A stretch of 64,000 bases of DNA from Lytechinus pictus (taxonomy: Eukaryota): positions 9,550,001 to 9,614,000 of the forward strand of contig NC_087250.1 of NCBI RefSeq assembly GCF_037042905.1. Direction: 5' to 3'. Within the stretch, counting starts at the first letter, position 1. Each line of letters starts with the position of its first letter. A model generated the notes under the pieces. The model did no database searches. It was not told where the DNA came from and saw nothing but the letters and a program-made list of their open reading frames with translations. A program made the position numbers and the translations under genes. Shown here in pieces: positions 40,735-54,623 of this stretch.

Positions 40735-41050
40735 ATAATGATGATGATGTATTGTTGGTGGTGATGATGGTGGTGGTGGTGATATGGCGATGATGATGAT
40801 GATGGTGATGATGATGATGATGGTGGTGATTGCAATTGTGATCATGATGGTGGTGGTGGTGATGATATTGATAATGATGATGGTGATGATGTTGGTAATG
40901 GTCTTGATGATGATGACAATGAACCTGATGATGCTGTTGTGCAGTGCTGCTGATGATGGTGCTTATGATAAATTAATTACGATGAGATGTTTTTTTTGGT
41001 GGTGTTGGTGGTGGCGGCTGGTGACGGTGACTATGAAGTTGGTGATGATC
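40735..41050. repeat. (GAT/GGT)n low-complexity tract
   Basis: Imperfect trinucleotide repeats. Similar (AAT/GAT) tract at ~61060-61280. Confidence 0.85.
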
Positions 41051-41779
41051 AGGGGCAGTGCCACAGGGTGAGGAAGAAGGGGGGGGGGGCTGAGGCAAAC
41101 TCCCATGAAGCTTCAGTTTGTGAAGAAATAGGAGAAGACGAGAAAATGAAGGAAATGAGAAATAAAAGGGGGAAGTAGGCCTAGATTATAAAAAGAGAGT
41201 TCTGTGTGTTCACTATCTCACTTTAATTTTATTAATTTATTTAAAAAGAAAATTTTTAGCCCCTCCCCCACTCAAAATATTCTGGCGCCGCACCTGGTGA
41301 TGCTGGCCGGTGATGATGCAAAAATACCTTTTATGTTGTGATGAATGATTCAGCCATCACATGAACGAACTGAATTGAATTTTGCATTGCTGTCCTACGC
41401 CTCGGCAGTCATTAGTCTGCAGTTAGCTGTACATTAACAATAAAAACAAATAATAGGAAATACTTCTAAAAACCCTGCGGGTCACTACTAGTTCTATAAA
41501 GAAAGCCCATTGATCTGGGCAATATACCGCTATGTACATGTTCTGCTCTGAAGCTGTAATTATAAAAGATTGAAGGGATTCCTGCAGACAGAAATAACCA
41601 AACTTGCTCGGATTTTGCTGGAAGTACAAATCAGATCATATCAAATTAAATCAAACAATATAAAAATCTGCATTTGAGATGATCATCCTGTTCAAATAGG
41701 CTACTTTCAGTACATATTTCCTGTTTAAAAAAAAAAGATGATTATAATATTCCAAAATCTACAGATAGGTAGACATAAT

Positions 41780-42092
41780 GGCCCGAATTCACAAAGGTGG
41801 TTTTGAAAACCCACGGTTGAGTCCATGGTTTATGCAGATTTCCTGTATAAATTACGCTTAATTTAGCGCGTATCGGGCGCGTGTATTAAAAGTGTCAAAT
41901 GCTGATGCGCGCTTTGGTCACAATGCGCCAAATTGACGCCTGTTACCATTGTGACAAAAGCGCGCATCAGCATTGGGCATTTTTTATACACGCGCCCGAT
42001 ACGCGCTAAATTAAGCATAATTTATACAGGAAATCTGCATAAACCATGGACTCAACCGTGGGTTTTCAAAACCACCTTTGTGAATTCGGGCC
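41780..42092. mobile_element. Near-perfect palindromic MITE (Harbinger-like)
   Basis: ggcccgaattcacaaaggtggttttgaaaaccc arms >130 bp, TSD aat. Partial copy at ~62645-62920. Confidence 0.85.
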
Positions 42093-42579
42093 AATGGTTT
42101 TCAGGAAATATAATTTTCAGATGATAATAGCTACTCAGGTCCCCCTTTAGACCTTACAGATATGTCTAGACACAAGCTTACTATTTTTTTCACACAATAA
42201 ACCACCATGTTTAAGCTCAAAGTCGGTCTCCACACACAATTGAAGTTGTCTTTTCTTTTATCCAGAGAGTGCTGGCAAATCAATGTGTTGACTGCAGACC
42301 ACTTCCCTCTCTCCATAGTATATCCCCCCCCCCCCTCCCCCACAAAAAAAAAACAACAAAAACAATGATAGTAAGACAAAATACATCACCATTATCCTCA
42401 CTCCTATTATTATCATCATCTCTTCAACAGGGATCACTGGCATCCTAGTCTGCTGGCACAGACCCTTGGTTTTATCCTATTCGCATTAAGTGCATAATGC
42501 AGAGTCTGAAGTAGTGAGACTAGATTCGCTATGTATAGTGGCTAGGTCTACCATTATTATATTTCATCACACAGACAGA

Positions 42580-42870
42580 GGCCCGTATTCTGAACTCGGG
42601 TTTGAATTAAACTCTGGTTTAATGTTGTGGTTTAACTATGGAGAGCCAAGTGGGGCACAAATCCCTATAAACAGTACACATCCAATTAACTCATATGACA
42701 CCCAAATTACCTGGGAATGATAACTGAAGTATTTTTCATCAGTATGAAAGCAAAAGGAAACAAATAAGAAATATACAATATAAACAGAATGTTAGAATTT
42801 TTGGCCCCCCATAATTTTAGCACAGACTTAGACCATGGTCTAAGTTAAACCTGACTTCAGAATACGGGCC
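42580..42870. mobile_element. MITE, same family as 293-605
   Basis: TIRs as above, 3-bp TSD aga. Confidence 0.8.
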
Positions 42871-43294
42871 AGAGAGTTCGGCATTTAGTCTTTACACTAG
42901 ACATGGATTAATTGGTGAAAGTGTCAAATTAGAGTCTGTGTTTGAAGACTACTGGCTTCCAGCATCACTATTCAGTAAAGACTGGTGCTTTTATGATATT
43001 CCTTTTACAACCCCATCAAATCCCCTTCAATACCCCCTTTATATCCCCTTTGAAGCTCCTCTCTTGACCAATGGGATGAACAAAGGCACGCTGTCCATTA
43101 ATCCCCTTCTCCTATTGTTAAGCTGATGAAGATTTAAAAAATGGTGTATTTGAGGGGAAAAGAGAGACTTTAAAGAGACCAAGAGACCTGGGGAAATGAC
43201 CTTTCATACCATTGAAGCTCATCTCTATTGAAATCGCAATACAAATGTGATACATCACTGTAATGGTCAAAACCTAAGGTTACTCTGGACACTA

Positions 43295-43765
43295 GGTGGT
43301 TTCAAACCGCCTCGATCATAAGAATCCCCATTAAATTATGAGAACTTTTTTAGGCTAAAAAATACCCATTATTCCTGCATTCACACCGCCCCGAAACATA
43401 CCCTTCGGGATATTATTCCTGAAGTTAGGAGCATGCGCAGTATGGTCTGATAAGCAGGCAAGGCGCGAGATTCAAAACCACTAGCTCAGCAGCCACCCAC
43501 GGCGCCCGCGCCCAACTACACGCTGGGCTAAAAGTTCCCGTAAATTGCTTTCACATTGCCAAAATACCTGCGACCTTGGAAAAATCCCTGCGAAAGTTCT
43601 CGTAATTTTGCCAAGTACCTACTATTTAGCGGGTATTTTCTTTCCGGGAAATTACGCGTAGTTTGCTTTCACATTACCAAAATACCTGGTATTTTATGAT
43701 CGGGGTTAATTTCCCGATCAGAGAATACCTGGAACTGACGAACTTCGAGGCGGTCTGAAACCACC
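43295..43765. mobile_element. MITE
   Basis: TIR ggtggtttcaaaccgcctcga / tcgaggcggtctgaaaccacc, flanked by TA. Confidence 0.78.
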
Positions 43766-43909
43766 TAATGAAACCAAAATTATGCTGCAAGCTAGTAACT
43801 AAACTGTAACTAGTAACTAGCTAAATAAGCACAATTTTGCATACTAGCAGACAGTACTGCAGTGTAGGTACATGCAACAAGCTCACTATTACTTGTGAGC
43901 TAATATTAA

Positions 43910-44513
43910 AGGACAAGTCCACCCCAGAAAAATATTGATTTGAACAAATAGAGACAAATCAAACAAACAACGCAGAAAATTTCATCGAAATCAGATGTAT
44001 AATAAGAAAGTTATGACATTTTAAAGTTTTGCTTAATTTCACAAAAAGAGTTATATACATCCCGGTCAGTATGCAAATGAGGGAATTGATGACATCACTC
44101 ACTCACTATTATCTTTGTATTTTATTTTATGAAATATGAAACATTCTAATTTTCTCCCCATTGTCCTTTGAAACAAAGTTTAATTTCTCCCTGAACATGT
44201 GGAATTACCATTGTTTAACATCTTATGGATCAGTCAAGTTGGTCCTTATTGTCAAATCTGTGAAAATTGAAATATTGTATAATTCAAACAAAAAACGAAA
44301 GAAATAGTGAGTGAGGGACATCATTGATTCTCTCATTTGCATGTGACTAAATTGTGCATATATGACTATTTTGTGATGTGAAAAATAAGCGAAAATTTAA
44401 AATGTCATAACTTTCATATTTTACATCCGATTTTGATGAAATTTTCAGCATTGTGCCTGCCTGATTTTTCTCTATTGATTCAAATCAACATTTTTCTGAG
44501 GTGGACTTGACCT
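43910..44513. mobile_element. TTAA-flanked MITE, caagtccacccc family
   Basis: ttaa|aggacaagtccacccc ... gtggacttgacct|ttaa. Other copies at ~33218-33712 (truncated) and 52806-52962 (internally deleted). Confidence 0.82.
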
Positions 44514-47500
44514 TTAAGACCTGTTTTTAGTTTTGGTATTTTACCCACACTGTGGCTATCAGTATCACTATTCTAATCCATTGCTAGATTATATGAATGG
44601 TATACTGCTGATTCGTCTATTGTCAACTCGTCTATGGTCTACCTTCATTTAGTCTAATGCCAGTCCGTTCATCAACATCTCGTCTAACTCTAACAGCCAT
44701 TTGGTCCAATAATCACTTTGTCTTATCCCCAGTTTGTCTATGGCCGTTTCGTTCCAAAACCAGTTGGTCTAATGCCCACTTTCTTGTTATTCATTTTGCC
44801 CAATTATCACCTTATCCAAAATAGACCAAATGGTATATGAAATAAATGGCAATTGGGCCAACTGGTTATTAGATGAAATGGTATGTTGGACCAAAAGGCA
44901 AGTAGACCATGTGGATACATGACAAACTGATATTGGACCAAATGAATGTAGATGAATTGAGAATCTGACAAATTGGCATTAGATGAATTGGAAATAAACC
45001 ATATGAATATGCCCTAAAACAGATGTGGTAGGCCTTCTTTTTATTGTGTATTTTACAGGGTAAATTTCGCGATTTTACTTGAAAATTTATTTTAAGATGA
45101 AAATAAAATATCTGCATGCTATTTCTTTCAGATATAATATTCCAATGCATGGACAGGGCTGAAAATTAAAGGACATGTAATATCTGTCTGTAGCTTGTTA
45201 AAAAATCCCTAAATTTGTAATACTAAAAGAGCCCTTTTAAGAGAAAATTAAAATATCGCTTATAAAGGGGGCTAGATATGTTAGATTGTAATAAATATTC
45301 ACAGAGAATAGTTGGTCGAAGCTATTCACTAGCTAGCAACTAGCATGAAATTACTGTGAGGGGTATATTAAAAGCTGACTGATGCTGCAATATTGGCCCA
45401 TGCCATCTGAATTCATTGTCGTACTCAACAAATTTTCAAGTTATCCAGGCAACCTGGCTTGATCATAAAACAATTGGATTGACAACTGATTAAGTGCATT
45501 TATTTCATCATAACGGAGACACATAAAAAAATGTATGTATGAAAAAATGAAACAAATACGATTTCATGTAATAACATAAGAAAAAGGAATGTTGAGATGT
45601 GACATCATATACCCACAGGTCTAATAAAAATTCATGACAACTCGTAGGCCTATATAGAGATAACTGTTTTCAACAAATTTTACTGAACTTTTAAAATTCA
45701 ATAACTTTGTTATTTGTTATCCGATTTTGATTTAATTTTCAGCATTTTCTCAGCCCGGAGCATCCCTTTAAGTAAAAATATTGCAATTATTGTGATGAAG
45801 AACACTGAGCAGTATGTAAAAAAAACATTTTGTCCCAAATTTCAGGATACAAGCCTGGCCTATACAGTGTATTTAGGCCTGCTTAAATACCTTCTCCCTT
45901 CGAGGGCCCCTTTATTCTTCAAAGGAAATGATCTGAACCAAAAAGGGAGATAAATAGAGAGTATAGGATTGTGAATAAAAAGCTCTAAATTTCAAGAGGA
46001 CTTTGAGATCTTATGTAGATTTGCTCAGGTTTATAGTCTTGGGAATCAGACTTTATTTAAAAATTTTTGAATTTTTTCCCTTTCTTCCCTTTCTTTTGCA
46101 GCTTATACTGAAGAATATATATAGGCCCATTGTTTAAAAGCCAAGTTCCTAATTGCATATATTCTCTTATTCAATTCTTCAAGGACATGTAGATAAAAAA
46201 GCTATTATGATAACTAACACAACATATGAAATACACGCCTAAATTGGCTCTCTCATTTTGCACATGAACCATGACCCCGTTCTCAGCATACTTTCTAAAA
46301 CTAGTTTAGTGAAAACCGGCTCAGGGAACCAGTTTCGAAAATTGCTTTGCTAGCGTTCTCATCTGAATTTTCCATCTGATTTTGATGAAGTTTTCAGCAT
46401 TATTCTTGTTTCATTTTTCTCTTTTTATTCAAATAAACTTTTTTTCTGGGATGGACTTGACCTGTAACATATTCCTTTCATATGGGAGACGCTTTTCTTG
46501 GCCCCTATAAAGACGGATCGTTTTCACTGACCACAGACAGGTTTGGCTGTACATACATGTAGGCCTACATATGAACTTTGCTATGATACGCGCATGATAA
46601 GAACTTGCTTTAATACACAGGGAAAGCATTACATGGGGCTTCAGTGTTTTCGCCCGGAAATTTCTCCAAAAGCCCTGGAAAATTAAAAAGACCCCCCCAC
46701 AATAAAAAAAAAAATCCCCCTTCACTTCTATACAATGTTGCAGATTTATGCCGTAGGTAATGAAAAGTAGCTCCTGAAAAAAAAAAATCAAATTTGTATG
46801 TTATTTTCTGTATTTAGTTAAATTAACCAGTAAATCATTTTGTTGATGATTTTGCTTTCATGAAGCTTGCAAAAATCAGTGAAGTGGATGCTGAAACGTT
46901 TGGCATTCTTTGCAGTGTTGAAAGTTTAGTTCTAGGCAGACTTAGCACATTGCTTCAAATCGCAAAGTATCTTTACATAACTGCCCATGTAGAAATAACC
47001 GGCCCCAAATCTGTGTACTTTACGGATCAAGACAATTTGGCATGCTATCCTCGAAAAAGCCACTTTTCAGATCCTCTTTTTCTCTCCAAACCCTAAAAAT
47101 AGATACATACAATACAGTTCGATGGATGGAAGTCCTAAAAGTGTTTTTTTTTTCAAGAGAAGAACGAGAGGTACCTTGAAAGGTTTGGTTTTAGTAGGAA
47201 AAATTGTATCATATAATATTTGATTGATTAACATGAAGCCTTAAATCAAATTCCAGCAGCATATATAGGTAAATCATATTATTGCATTCAGTAACCCTTT
47301 TTTTCTGAATCTAGTTTCAGTTCTGTATTGTGTGGTGGTTTTTGTTGCTCACAGTTTTAGTTGAGAGCGATTGTGTTTTTGGTCATGGCCAGATACATAT
47401 ATTTATGGTCCATTATGAATTGTATATTTGGAGTCTAATTTTTGTTGTTGCAAATACACTGTATGTAAGCATATACATGTACATGTAACAAGGGAATGGT

Positions 47501-49228
47501 TTTCATGGTATCTCATCACAATTTCCTCTGCATTTATTAAAAAAAAATGCTGTATAAAAAGTCTTTTTTGTAGCAGATTTTTACATACAGTAAGACTACA
47601 GTCACAGAATAGAATAACTGAGAGCCTTTCTCTAATGACCAAAAATTTGCTTACAAGCATGGCCATCCTCAGTAGAATCCTTGCAAAATCCCTATAACGC
47701 AAAGGCATATGTACATGTACTCTGTATGGATGAGATAAAAGAATGTGAACATGTGCGATCTTTGTACACATTCTTCAGGGTCAAACTTCCCACAGAAGCA
47801 GTTGGAGAGTTGCCTTGACCATTTCATTTGATATATGCGATAATTTGAATTGTATGAAAAAATGATGAAAAACCATATTTTATTGTTCGAAATCTACAAA
47901 ATGTTCCGAAAATTTGCTGTGCAGCGCCAGATCGACGAGGCTCTATCCCTTTTATCGTTGAACGCCAAACAAGGTAGCAGCAATTCTCCCATTAGCCCCA
48001 TATCACCAGAAACTGCAGTGGAATTTAAAATGTCGGGACAGTGATTTTCTTTCCCTGAAAATGTTGTCTTGCATGGATTATAACACAGAATCGTAGAAAT
48101 GTATGTGATTTCTGTTTAGTTTCATATATCACACGTCAGAAACATTTCAGATTGGATCCATTGCAGTATAGCGGCAAATTTCAGGTGACCAAGAATGTGA
48201 GGCCATCTAACTTCAGTTTAAAAACAACATCTCACAATCAATAAATATCCAACATCCACAAAGGCCCCCGTTCCGCTGAGCTCTATAACAGGGCGTGCCA
48301 ATCCATAACTATAGATTCCAAGTGTAAAGCCCATTGATTTTGGCCGAAGGGCAGACTTGTCGCGCAACCCACGCGGAGCAGAAGCAACAGTTGCTTTCAA
48401 CGATCGTGCCAGCTTTCTCAACTGTCATCGCCTATTAAAGATATCCTCTTGTGTTCCGCGGGAAATGTAAACATGTCCAGAGAGTCTGGTGTATTGTGTT
48501 TGAGTGAAATATTTATGTCTTCTGATGGCCAAACATGCAGGGGATAAGATAACATGAATGATGCAGGTATGATTTTAAGCACCGCTCGATATGACAGGTT
48601 TTGTTTTGCTCGACAAAGGCTTTATCACCTGTCCGCCGTCTTCTCATGTATAGTTTATGAAACATGATGAGGAGGATCACTTCTATCAATTGTCTATTAC
48701 ATGTATGAATCTGTCTACAAATAATGATTAAATACAAAATTTTGCCAGTACTTTAGTTGACTTTACCATTAATTTAAACACAGAATGAAAAGAGCCTAGA
48801 AAATGTTAAAAGCATTCATTCAAAGCACATTTTTTTTGAACACCTGCTTTAAAAGTACCTTCCCATATTAATAACCCAGACATTACCTTTAATGCAAGCA
48901 AGTTAGACCAGGGTCCCATAACACAAAGGTTAGCGATTAATCGTACGCTTGATTGTACATTGGATGTTGTTTGAAGGTTTGCATGGTGGCATGTACAATC
49001 GCTGATGTGGTTTACATGTGGAGTGTTATAGAAACAGTGGATAGAAGAAGAGAAGAAATGGATAGGCGAGAAAGTGGAGATTTGAGAGTAGAGTATTCTT
49101 TCTTGAAAGTAGTCCTGAAAAGGACTGTAAACCAGGAAAGTTTGATGAGTTGAGAACAGCTTGAGTAGTATAGCTGATGAGGAGATGCTGGCTTGAGTCG
49201 GGCGAGTAGAGATGATGAGTAGTAGAGA

Positions 49229-49273
49229 GACTCGACGTTTCGGACAGGTTGACTGTCCGTCTTCACAATAGTC
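49229..49273 (-). ncRNA. Degenerate minimal hammerhead motif (probable Penelope terminal-repeat relic)
   Basis: Minus strand reads gUGAAGA-c-GGACAG ucaac CUGUCC-GAAA-CG-UC. Perfect stem II, ACGU palindrome and GUC triplet; C3 and stem I are decayed. Confidence 0.55.
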
Positions 49274-50667
49274 AATGGTATCAATCGTAAAAAAATGTGT
49301 CTACGATCATTGCTAAGCTTTGTGTTACAGGCCCCTGGTTTTAGAAGACAGATGAAAGAAACAAATCCATCCATGCATTCGGTTCTCTGGTACCGAATAA
49401 TAACATCGATGGCGCGCTTGCTTGGATATAAACCAAAAACAGATCAAAACAACCCTTGATATTTTTTAAAGGTAAATCTTTTTGCTGCACAGGAATAAAG
49501 CATTAAGCCCATGTTAGTATTGTGCTTCACCCAGACAACAAATATCTATAAAGGATCCAGGAAATATGCCTGTGAGGAAAACATTGTAGATCAAGCCAAC
49601 AAGCTCCCCCCCTCCCCCCCCCCACAAAAAAAATAAAACTAATTAAAAAAAAGGAAATAAAAACAAAAAAATAATAGATAGAAAAATAAGATTAATAAAT
49701 GATTAAACAATAAGAAATGAAATAAAATAAAAAAAATGAAAAAGAATAAAAATAAAAATAGGCCTACATGTAGATTATAAATTTTAGAGAAAATAGAAAA
49801 AAAAATATGATCATGCCCAAAATGGAAAAAAAAATCTGAAAATATCTTGAAAAGTTGGTGATTCATTCCACCTCAGTTTCAGGGAAGATTTTTCAAGGGC
49901 TATCTTTACAACCTGCTGCCAGAGTCTACAACATTGCTGTGAATGGGAAATTTTCTGGGGCATTTAAAAAAGAAAATCTTCCAATGCTCTTTTAAATATT
50001 ACTGGGGTGAAATTGCCTCATAATTAATGCTCCCAGGTTGTAATTTATTCCCTGTCCCAAAATGAGTACTTAATCTATTCATGAAAAAAAACAAGGTACG
50101 TTATCCAAATACATACATGTCTTGTTTTTTGTAAACCCTATACTATAAAAAAGATTGAGTAAAAATGTACACAGTATTGGGTAGAAAGGTATGCATTTTT
50201 CCTGGGTAATTTCTATCCCCATTATTGGGCAAAATGGATGTTTTAAGGGTAAACTTCCACTCAACATTCTGTAAACTTTACAAAGTATTTGGTATCATTT
50301 TACCCAGCAAACATGCATGTTCCCATTTTACCAAATAATAAGTAAATGCTTTTTAGAGTGTACCTCGATCTACAAGTAGCTATGGGTTGATAGTTACTCA
50401 ATAGAATGGAATAAGAGGGCCATAATTGATCTTACACCAGTAGTGAATAGACTTTCATTGATCATTTTGTCCATCTCCCTACGTGAAAGAAACGACATCG
50501 CCCCAGGATGTAATCAATAATCAGAGCTTCTTAAATTGGCAAAATGAACGGAATGTCACCCTTACATTCCAATCATCGCTTTCATTATTTTTCCCCATCG
50601 GTATAATGAGACCGCAGGGGTTGTTTTCAATCATGCAATTTAGTCATGATGATGATGAGTTTTCTAG

Positions 50668-51130
50668 GAGGCTGTTCTCACTACGTTCCTAAAACTAGTT
50701 TACTGGGAACCGGTTCAGAAAGCCAGTTTGGAAGATCGCTTTGCTAGCGTTCTCACTTGATCATCCGAAAGTGGTTTTCAAAATCACTTCACGTAAAGCG
50801 CTCTTGTTGCTATGGAAACGCTCTCAGTGGGGTGACATGTTTCGCGCGAAATTCGAAACCGCAGCATAGGCATTCTACACCTGTCGTGTGGAGTAGCGCG
50901 CTCAAAATGTGCGAAGATCGCTTCCCGAAGAACGGTTGTGTCCTCACTTACGCTAAAACCAGTTTAAAGAGGCAAAGCGATCTTGAAAACTACATCGCGA
51001 GGTGGTTTTCCAAACTGGTTTGGAAGATCGCTTCCAAGACCGCTTTGACCGTTCTCACTACGCGTTAAACTAGTTTCCACTAAACTAGTTTCCAGTAAAC
51101 TAGTTTTAGGAACGTAGTGAGAACAGCCTC
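50668..51130. mobile_element. MITE with long TIRs (Harbinger-like)
   Basis: gaggctgttctcactacgttcctaaaactagttt / aaactagttttaggaacgtagtgagaacagcctc, TSD tag. Degraded relatives at ~31930-32270 and ~46275-46365. Confidence 0.85.
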
Positions 51131-51281
51131 TAGGTGATTATCTCTCTCTGACCGGGTTAATTAGACCGCAATGAATGCCATTGAATTTCCAAATTATTAC
51201 ATGAAGTACTGAACCTGTGTAAAACCAGGGACTCCCAACTCCCTGGTAAAACCTTATCTTGATAGTTTTGGTAAAAAGCAA

Positions 51282-51740
51282 TCCGGGGGGAGCACTAAAA
51301 TTATTATTTGATGGCACGAAACTCTGAAATGGGGGTCTAAGGAACTGACTACAAGGGTAAAGTACAGGGTCTTGTGAACTAAATGTATACCGGGCGGTGT
51401 GAAAAATGGTCTATCTACGGAACGGGATCGCGGCACTGTAGATACGGTACACGCGAGCACTTTGCATGGAGCGGCTACTAGTTATATGGAGGGAGTTGCG
51501 AAGCGGTGCATGCATCGCTTGCATGCGGCGCTCACGCTTGACAATTTAGGCAGTGCTGGGGAACTAAGATGTCTCGTAACGGGGGTCTTGCGAGCATTGC
51601 TGGGTGGCTTCTGAGTTGAATTTTGTCATTCAGCGTATCTAGAGAACTGAGAATTAGGTCTGAAAAAGGGGATCATCAAAGCGGCACATCCACATACCAC
51701 CAATATATGTACAATGTAAAGTGTCCCCCCCTCCCCCCCA
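51282..51740. repeat. Interspersed element with poly-G/poly-C ends
   Basis: Reverse-complement relative at ~55398-55840 (shared gggatcgcggcactgtagat / atctaccacgatcccg and caagaccc segments). Confidence 0.6.
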
Positions 51741-53539
51741 GGCAACCATCCTGCTTTCACATACAGTATGTGTGTTCTAAGTTCTAAAAGGAGGTTTCAA
51801 ATGAGATGGAGTACATGTAACAGCAAATAAAATCTCTTTGAACAAGGTTAAAAGCCGCCAGCAGAAAGTATGTCAGGCATGCACTTTGCTCAACATCTCT
51901 TCCAAAATTTTGTGTAGACAAATGATTCCCGCATGACTCCGCAGCTATAGGTCATACATAAAGGGAAATATGCTTTTGTGATGATTATTACTTTTTCGCC
52001 GCATCTTGGTCTGGTTATATGTGTAGTACATAATTCGAAGGCATGCGAAAATAAACTATGCAATATGTCCTGAAATATGACTCAAATTTGCTCGACTGGG
52101 CATGTGCAGGCACTCATCTGGCATATACAGTAATGAACAACAATATTCTACAGACCACATTTGAAATTTTCATTCGCCGCAAACGATCGGAAAAGTGTTA
52201 AAATCTGGTTTCAGTAAAGGTCAAATTCTTTCTTTTTTCACTATTAAATTATAGGTTAATTGTTCTAATCTGGGCAAATATCTTGTCGTAATAGTGCTTG
52301 GTTATTGATGTTTTGTCATGCATTCAAATTTCAGTTTGTTTATTAATATGAAAGATGGAAAATTGATACAAATGGATATTCGTAAAATGTCACCCCTCTG
52401 CTTTCTTCAATGAAACTGGCGGCTTCGAAGGCGGACATCATAAGGTCCTTATTGCCATTCTTTCTTTTGAGCTTCTTTAGAAATGAACAGCTGCTTGAAT
52501 AAATTTGTTGCCTGTTGGAACTCCAGTCATAGAATCTTCTTGGTTCTAACATTGTCTTCTGTGGTTATGTTTGGATGCATTTGTAGTGAATTTGCCCACT
52601 CCACTGACTTCTACTAGCTCTTTTCTTAAAAGTAGATTTTTTTTCAACCAAAAAGAGGAGCACTCCATTTTGCCGTGTAATAGACCAGCCCATACGTATT
52701 TGTGTGGTGGGGTATGGGTGTGTGTGTATTATATAAGAGTAATTTAGTTTTTCAACACTTGTAATTTCTCGAGGTTTAATCATAAGAAAGCCCAACATGT
52801 CTTAAAGGACAAGTCCACCCCAACAAAAAGTTGATTTGAATAAAAAAAGAAAAATCCAACGAGCATAACACTGAAAATTTATCAAAATCGAATGTAAAAT
52901 AAGAAAGTTTGATTTTTCTCCACTTATTCAAATAAACAACTTTTCTAGGGTGGACCTGACCTTTATTGAAGACCAAGTCTACATGGACCTCTACACTTTT
53001 TTTTAATTTTGCATTCTGGGTCAGCCTGGTTGCTTGGATCATCAACACAATATTGACTAGTGGTAGCGGAAGAACTAGCAACACAATGTGAATGCATGCC
53101 TGGCTCTGAATAGCTGGAGTAACAGTTGAGCGGACAAGCCACACATTAAAAGACGTCTTATCTGCTCACTGGAATTGCATTGTGCGGATGCGCTCTTGTT
53201 TAGCATGACCCTTTGTGGTGACATGCACGGATTGTCATGGCATGCAACAGGGTTACTCAAATCAATACATTCAGTGTACATACTTTTGTCTCCAACTGTT
53301 CATTTGTGTTGTACTTTAATTGAGCATTTATTTCTAGAAAGGGAGCTTTTGGGTAATTACGATGCAACTTTTGTGAATTGCGATTTTTGTTGCCTTATGA
53401 CATAATCATGCATTTTTAAAATTTTGTATCATGCACATTTGCAAGAAAACCCCCTCATGACCTTTAATTGACCTTTAGTGGGTTGTGTTTTATAAATGAA
53501 ATGAAAAACATATACATGAAAATCCATATTTTATTGTTA

Positions 53540-53776
53540 AAATAGACATGAAATTATATGCTCTGAAAATTTGCTTAGCCCAATTGATCGTAGGCCCGGC
53601 AGCCGCAGTGCAGCGCCAGATCGACAAGGCTCTATTCCTTTAATCGTTGAATGCCAAACAGGGTAGCAGCAACTACCATCTTTTAACGTCTTTTGGTCTG
53701 ACGCGGCGGGGATTTGAACTCCCAACCTCCCGGTTGTGAGATGAACGCTCTAGATACCAACTGAACCAACACACCG
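53540..53776 (-). mobile_element. tRNA-derived SINE
   Basis: Reverse B box (gggatttgaactccc) and a body whose fragment recurs at ~47918-47985. Other reverse SINE heads at ~24565-24635 and ~61820-61915. Confidence 0.7.
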
Positions 53777-54084
53777 TTAAAATGAATCGCAAGAGAGTGA
53801 AAAATCTGTCTGCTACAGATTTGGTGTGAAAGCAATCAGTTAATGTAGCCACCATGTAGTCCAGATATTCAAGGCAATGTTGTTGAAAAGGGGGAAAATA
53901 TGATTACTACACAAGTTTGAAACTTCTTTAATTTGTGTTTAATAGGGGAAAGGAACTCCAATACAGACCCTACGAACTGTATTCTGAGCTTGAGTTGAAT
54001 TGGAACTCTGGTCTAAAAATTGTGGTTTAACTATGGATATTAAATTGTATTACATGTATCTCTATTACCAAGACGTTGCTTTAA

Positions 54085-54623
54085 AGGGATGGTCCAGGCT
54101 GGAGATATATATGCTATAAAATAGAGTAAAATTCACAGACAAAATGCTGAAAATTTGATCAAAATCAGATTTGCATGATTCCGGTGAAACAGTTCTTGGC
54201 ATGTCTTCATGAATATTCATTAGGTGGGCTGATGATGTCATATCCCCATTTGTTCTTTTGTAGTTTTTTACATGAAATCAGCTTTATCCAAAAATTTTTA
54301 CCAAGAACTAACAAGTGGATTGACAACTGACTAAGTGCATTAGTTATTTATTGCTGCAACTTATTTCATCATAATGTAGAAGTATCATTTACACATGAAA
54401 AAATGAAACAATTATGATTTCATGTAATAACATAAGAAAAGGAAAGTGGGGATATGCCATCATCAGCCCACCTAATTCATGACGATGTGCATATTATAAC
54501 TGTTTTCACAAAATATTGATAAACTTTAAAATTCAATAAATTTGTTATTATCCGATTTTGATGAAATTTTCAGCATTTTGCTCTGTGAATTTTTCTCTAT
54601 TTCTCTATGTTCAGCCCGGACCT
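54085..54623. mobile_element. TTAA-type MITE, related family
   Basis: ttaa|agggatggtccaggctg start and inverted cagcccggacc end. Shares aaaatgctgaaaattt subterminal motifs. Partial relative at ~45470-45750. Confidence 0.65.

Noticed and set aside
40464..41071. His/Met/Ile-rich ORFs
   Set aside because: They come from the (GAT/GGT)n low-complexity tract.
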